The notes under the pieces: generated by a model
What the model saw: the letters and a program-made list of their open reading frames with translations, nothing else
Databases searched by the model: none
Told to the model about the DNA's origin: nothing
Source of the DNA: Bugula neritina
Taxonomy: Eukaryota > Animalia > Bryozoa
Direction: 5' to 3'
Assembly: GCA_964035545.1 (NCBI GenBank)
Contig: OZ037768.1
Coordinates: 5,488,741-5,552,740, forward strand
Length of the DNA: 64,000 nucleotides
Part shown: positions 61,201 to 64,000 of the stretch, one piece after another
Layout of the letters: the number at the start of each line of letters is the position of its first letter
Numbering within the stretch: the stretch's first letter is position 1
Translations under genes and position numbers: made by a program

Positions 61201-63698
61201 ATAGTAGTTGATGCATGTATCAATGGTATGTGTATAGAACTGCTATATCTTTTGCAAAAGCAGAAACTTCAAACTACATTGATAAATACAGCCAATAAAG
61301 CTTAAAGCTGTAAGTCAGGCTTATTGTCTGCAAGCACAGTGTCAATTCACTGGTAGCCATTGCTGTCCAACTAATTACTCAGTTCATTTTACTGGCAGCA
61401 TAGCAGCCTATAATAGACTTCAATTTAAATGGCTGTTCACAGGTCAATAGTTCTGATTACTAGCAAAATAATTATTTTAAAGTTATATGCTGCTTTGTTT
61501 ACATTTTAAATGCTGGTTTGACTACAGTCTGTGGGTTGAATACAGCACACACTTGAGTATTGACAGGGTTATAAAGAGCTTAATATACGTCTGCATACTG
61601 TAGAATAGTGCATCCACATAGATATTGAGTTTGTGTTTTGGATTAGCTTGGGGCAACTAAACATTAAATTTAAATTTTATGAATGCTGGCCACTTTTAGT
61701 TTAAAGTTCCTGTTACTAAAATTGACCAGATTTAAAAAAAAATTAAATTGAAACTTTGCATGTACGTATTTCGTATGAATTTGTAAATGGACATGAATAT
61801 TAAATAACTGTGGAGCAAATTTCAATTTGAACTGAATTAAACACATACAAATTTATTTCCAACAGCCTAGTATTATTAGTAGTTTATGATTTTGTATACA
61901 CCGAGAACCAATGAAGTATGTGATTGGCATCCATACCGTTAATTGCGTTTTTATTCATGCCCAACTGTATATATTTATCAAAGCCTCAGTACAATTGCCT
62001 TCTTATGAAAAACTGATTGATTGTATTAAGCGTAGACTTTGAAATTGTTGATGCAACCAACTACTTATGTTGGTATATCAATACAAGGTAGCCCAGCTAA
62101 TCGCTGTACTCAGTATTGAATTAACAACGCTCAACCTTTATTTTGTTATGATATGAGCAGGCGTAATGGAATTTTTTGTTTGCCCCAATCCGCTGATTTC
62201 AATGACAGATTATATCCAGTGTTCTAAAAATCAATGGTCAAGCATTTAACGGAGCAGCTATAAGAAGCAAATGAATAAGTAAGTAGTTCATATTTTAAGA
62301 ACTAAGACTATTAAAAATGCCTAGAATTAAATTTGCTTCTGATAGTAGGCCCTATATAGAAATTAGGTATAAGCACAGACGTGTACACTGCTTAATTTTA
62401 AAACTAACAAATTGGCCTAACATATACAGCGAGTCTACCTGAAAAACAAATGGCACTGTGAAGTTGTACCAGTTAAATTATACTTACTCATTGCATAGCC
62501 TGTGTTTCACGAGTGCTGAAAATATTTTACTAAATATATTTGTGCTGTCTGTAGATTGGAAGTTTCTTTGCTCTTCATATTTGGTGCTACAAGCATATTG
62601 AATGGTACAGAATACGTAGAATTGATAGGCTTGCAGTCAAACTGCACTCATTGACTCTGGAGGTAAACTTTTCAAACTCTTATCTAAATAATACACTCAA
62701 CACGGCTGTGAAATCACCAGTTTACTCTTGAAACTCCGCAGTAATTATAATATTAATTATTCGAAAAGACAAAGTGTAAAGCTCGCATTTGATTTACAAT
62801 CCCTTGAGATAGAATTGGATAAAACTACTTGAAATTTATTCTTTTAGCACTTGACATAAGAGTGAATTTAATCAGCTGTGTTAGAAGAGAAACCTTGTCA
62901 GCTGATAAAAAGCAGTTTTCCTGTGCAGTACGAAGCTGTAATCAATGATTACTATCAAACAAATAGTGTTTGCTTTGCCACAAAGCTATTAATGTTACTG
63001 AATGTAAAGTTAGCTTGGTAAAATAAAACCTAGTGGACAAAGCTGTTGATATTCATGTGACAGGGGAAATATACTCTGTGCTGTGTAATGGGCCACACAA
63101 TTTAACTGTATGCAACAGCAAACACCACACCAATGAATTCACCTAAATTCTTCCAGTGAAAGAGCTTCGGTGCTTAAGTGGTGTGAGCCTTGGTGGTGCC
63201 TTTGAGTTTTGCTGCCATTTCCTAGAAGACTCGTAGCTTCAAGAGAAGGCAGTTGCTGTTTGCTAGGAGACACACTAATGAGATCAAGCAGTCTTTGCAA
63301 CTCACTAGTTTCTCTGTAAAATACACTCGGGTTTGAGAAATACTTGCCTGAAACTTATTTACAAAAAAAAGCTAAGGCTTGTTTTATAATATTGAGCAAT
63401 GATATTGAAGATCTACTGAAAATACGACTACTGTTATATATACTATACCTGTGTGTATTTTATGCGTATTGTATGCACTATAGTCTACATAAAACACTAT
63501 GCTTTCAAATATACTTCGATATTGATCAACATACAATTTAATTTTAATGATGTCTGTGCTAGTTCACCTTTTCCAATAATTAACCGTATTGTTGTACACG
63601 TTTGCAGCCAGCAGCAATAAATGAACATTCAAATGAAACGTTCTGCTTACTCTAAATAAATACAACTCCACTTACTGCCTCAGCTTTGCAGTTGGCAT
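49271..63698 (-). CDS. NEK10: NIMA-related kinase 10 (armadillo repeats + kinase + coiled coil + C-terminal domain)
   Basis: Start MPTAKLRQ (63698-63676), then ETSELQRLLDLISVSPSKQQLP...STEALSLEEFS (63313-63143). ARM exons include IFQKLSS, DYDLDSKR, LLRNIIWCIVQLAED and LRFLFSKEGNR. Kinase motifs LGCGAFGSVCKVRK, ALKE, HPNVVKYY, IVMELIDGAPIGEHFQSLKEK, HRDLTPNNIML, DFGLAK, GTLQYSCPE, PYGEKADIWAIGC. Then LERKLEKERKRTQR, DPIQQLLNVLHKIIYISQLPP and last exon GISYSQLNGVIEEVLKENKYY...HRK* ending at 49271. The blocks are colinear with vertebrate NEK10 as I recall it. Confidence 0.96.
54370..54480. repeat. AT-rich tandem repeat (TATACTACTATA)n in a NEK10 intron
   Basis: Directly visible; explains the spurious Y/I/T ORF 54368-54595. 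Confidence 0.85.
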
Positions 63699-64000
63699 GT
63701 CCTCGCAAGTCTTTCAATCCTAACAAGCCTTGTGAGCCGAAGCTACTTCTAAATTAAAATAAAACCCAAAACTGACCAAGAAATTTTATAAGAACTCAAT
63801 GCTACAGCATACGGAACAAAACTTAACAGCCACAAAGATGGAAAAAGTAGATGTAATAACAGATTATAATATATTGTTATCTGAAGACCCAAGCAGATGT
63901 AGAAATACAAGCTTGGTTATTGGATCATGTAATAGATAGATATGTTTATTTTGCTATATTCATTGATATATGCAGTCACCTGTTCAGTCACATTGGATTA

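Noticed and set aside
63174-63218. ATG GCA GCA AAA... as the NEK10 start
   Set aside because: That frame stops after 14 codons; the NEK10-like frame is a different one and continues upstream to the ATG at 63698.

Overview
AT-rich, intron-dense genomic DNA from a non-vertebrate bilaterian animal (a spiralian is plausible, but the taxon cannot be fixed from the window). By tracing GT-AG exons I find four conserved multi-exon genes. (1) The 3' half of a MAM/LDLa-repeat single-pass receptor, MALRD1-like (+, 13-7561). (2) A complete Flamingo/CELSR adhesion GPCR (-, about 46 coding exons, 35648-8455). (3) Glycerate kinase GLYCTK (+, 38183-42202). (4) The ARM-repeat kinase NEK10 (-, 63698-49271). 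CELSR introns carry a tRNA-Phe(GAA) gene, two MITEs, a tRNA-derived SINE and many minisatellites. Three observations stand out. First, an unannotated-looking two-exon gene (-, CDS 46675-46433) encodes an 80-aa secreted neuropeptide-type precursor (signal peptide, RRR-HHAF-GKR amidation cassette), either a new HHAFamide or a highly divergent allatotropin-like peptide; it has its own TATA/Inr, a 5'UTR hairpin and a polyA signal. Second, the CELSR stop codon overlaps a splice donor, giving two possible C-termini (...LDDV* or ...LDDVNNETQV*) that match different PDZ-ligand classes. Third, the Pol III terminator of the intronic tRNA-Phe is the same T-run that serves as the polypyrimidine tract of the next CELSR exon. 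All family assignments come from motif recognition by eye, not from database searches.
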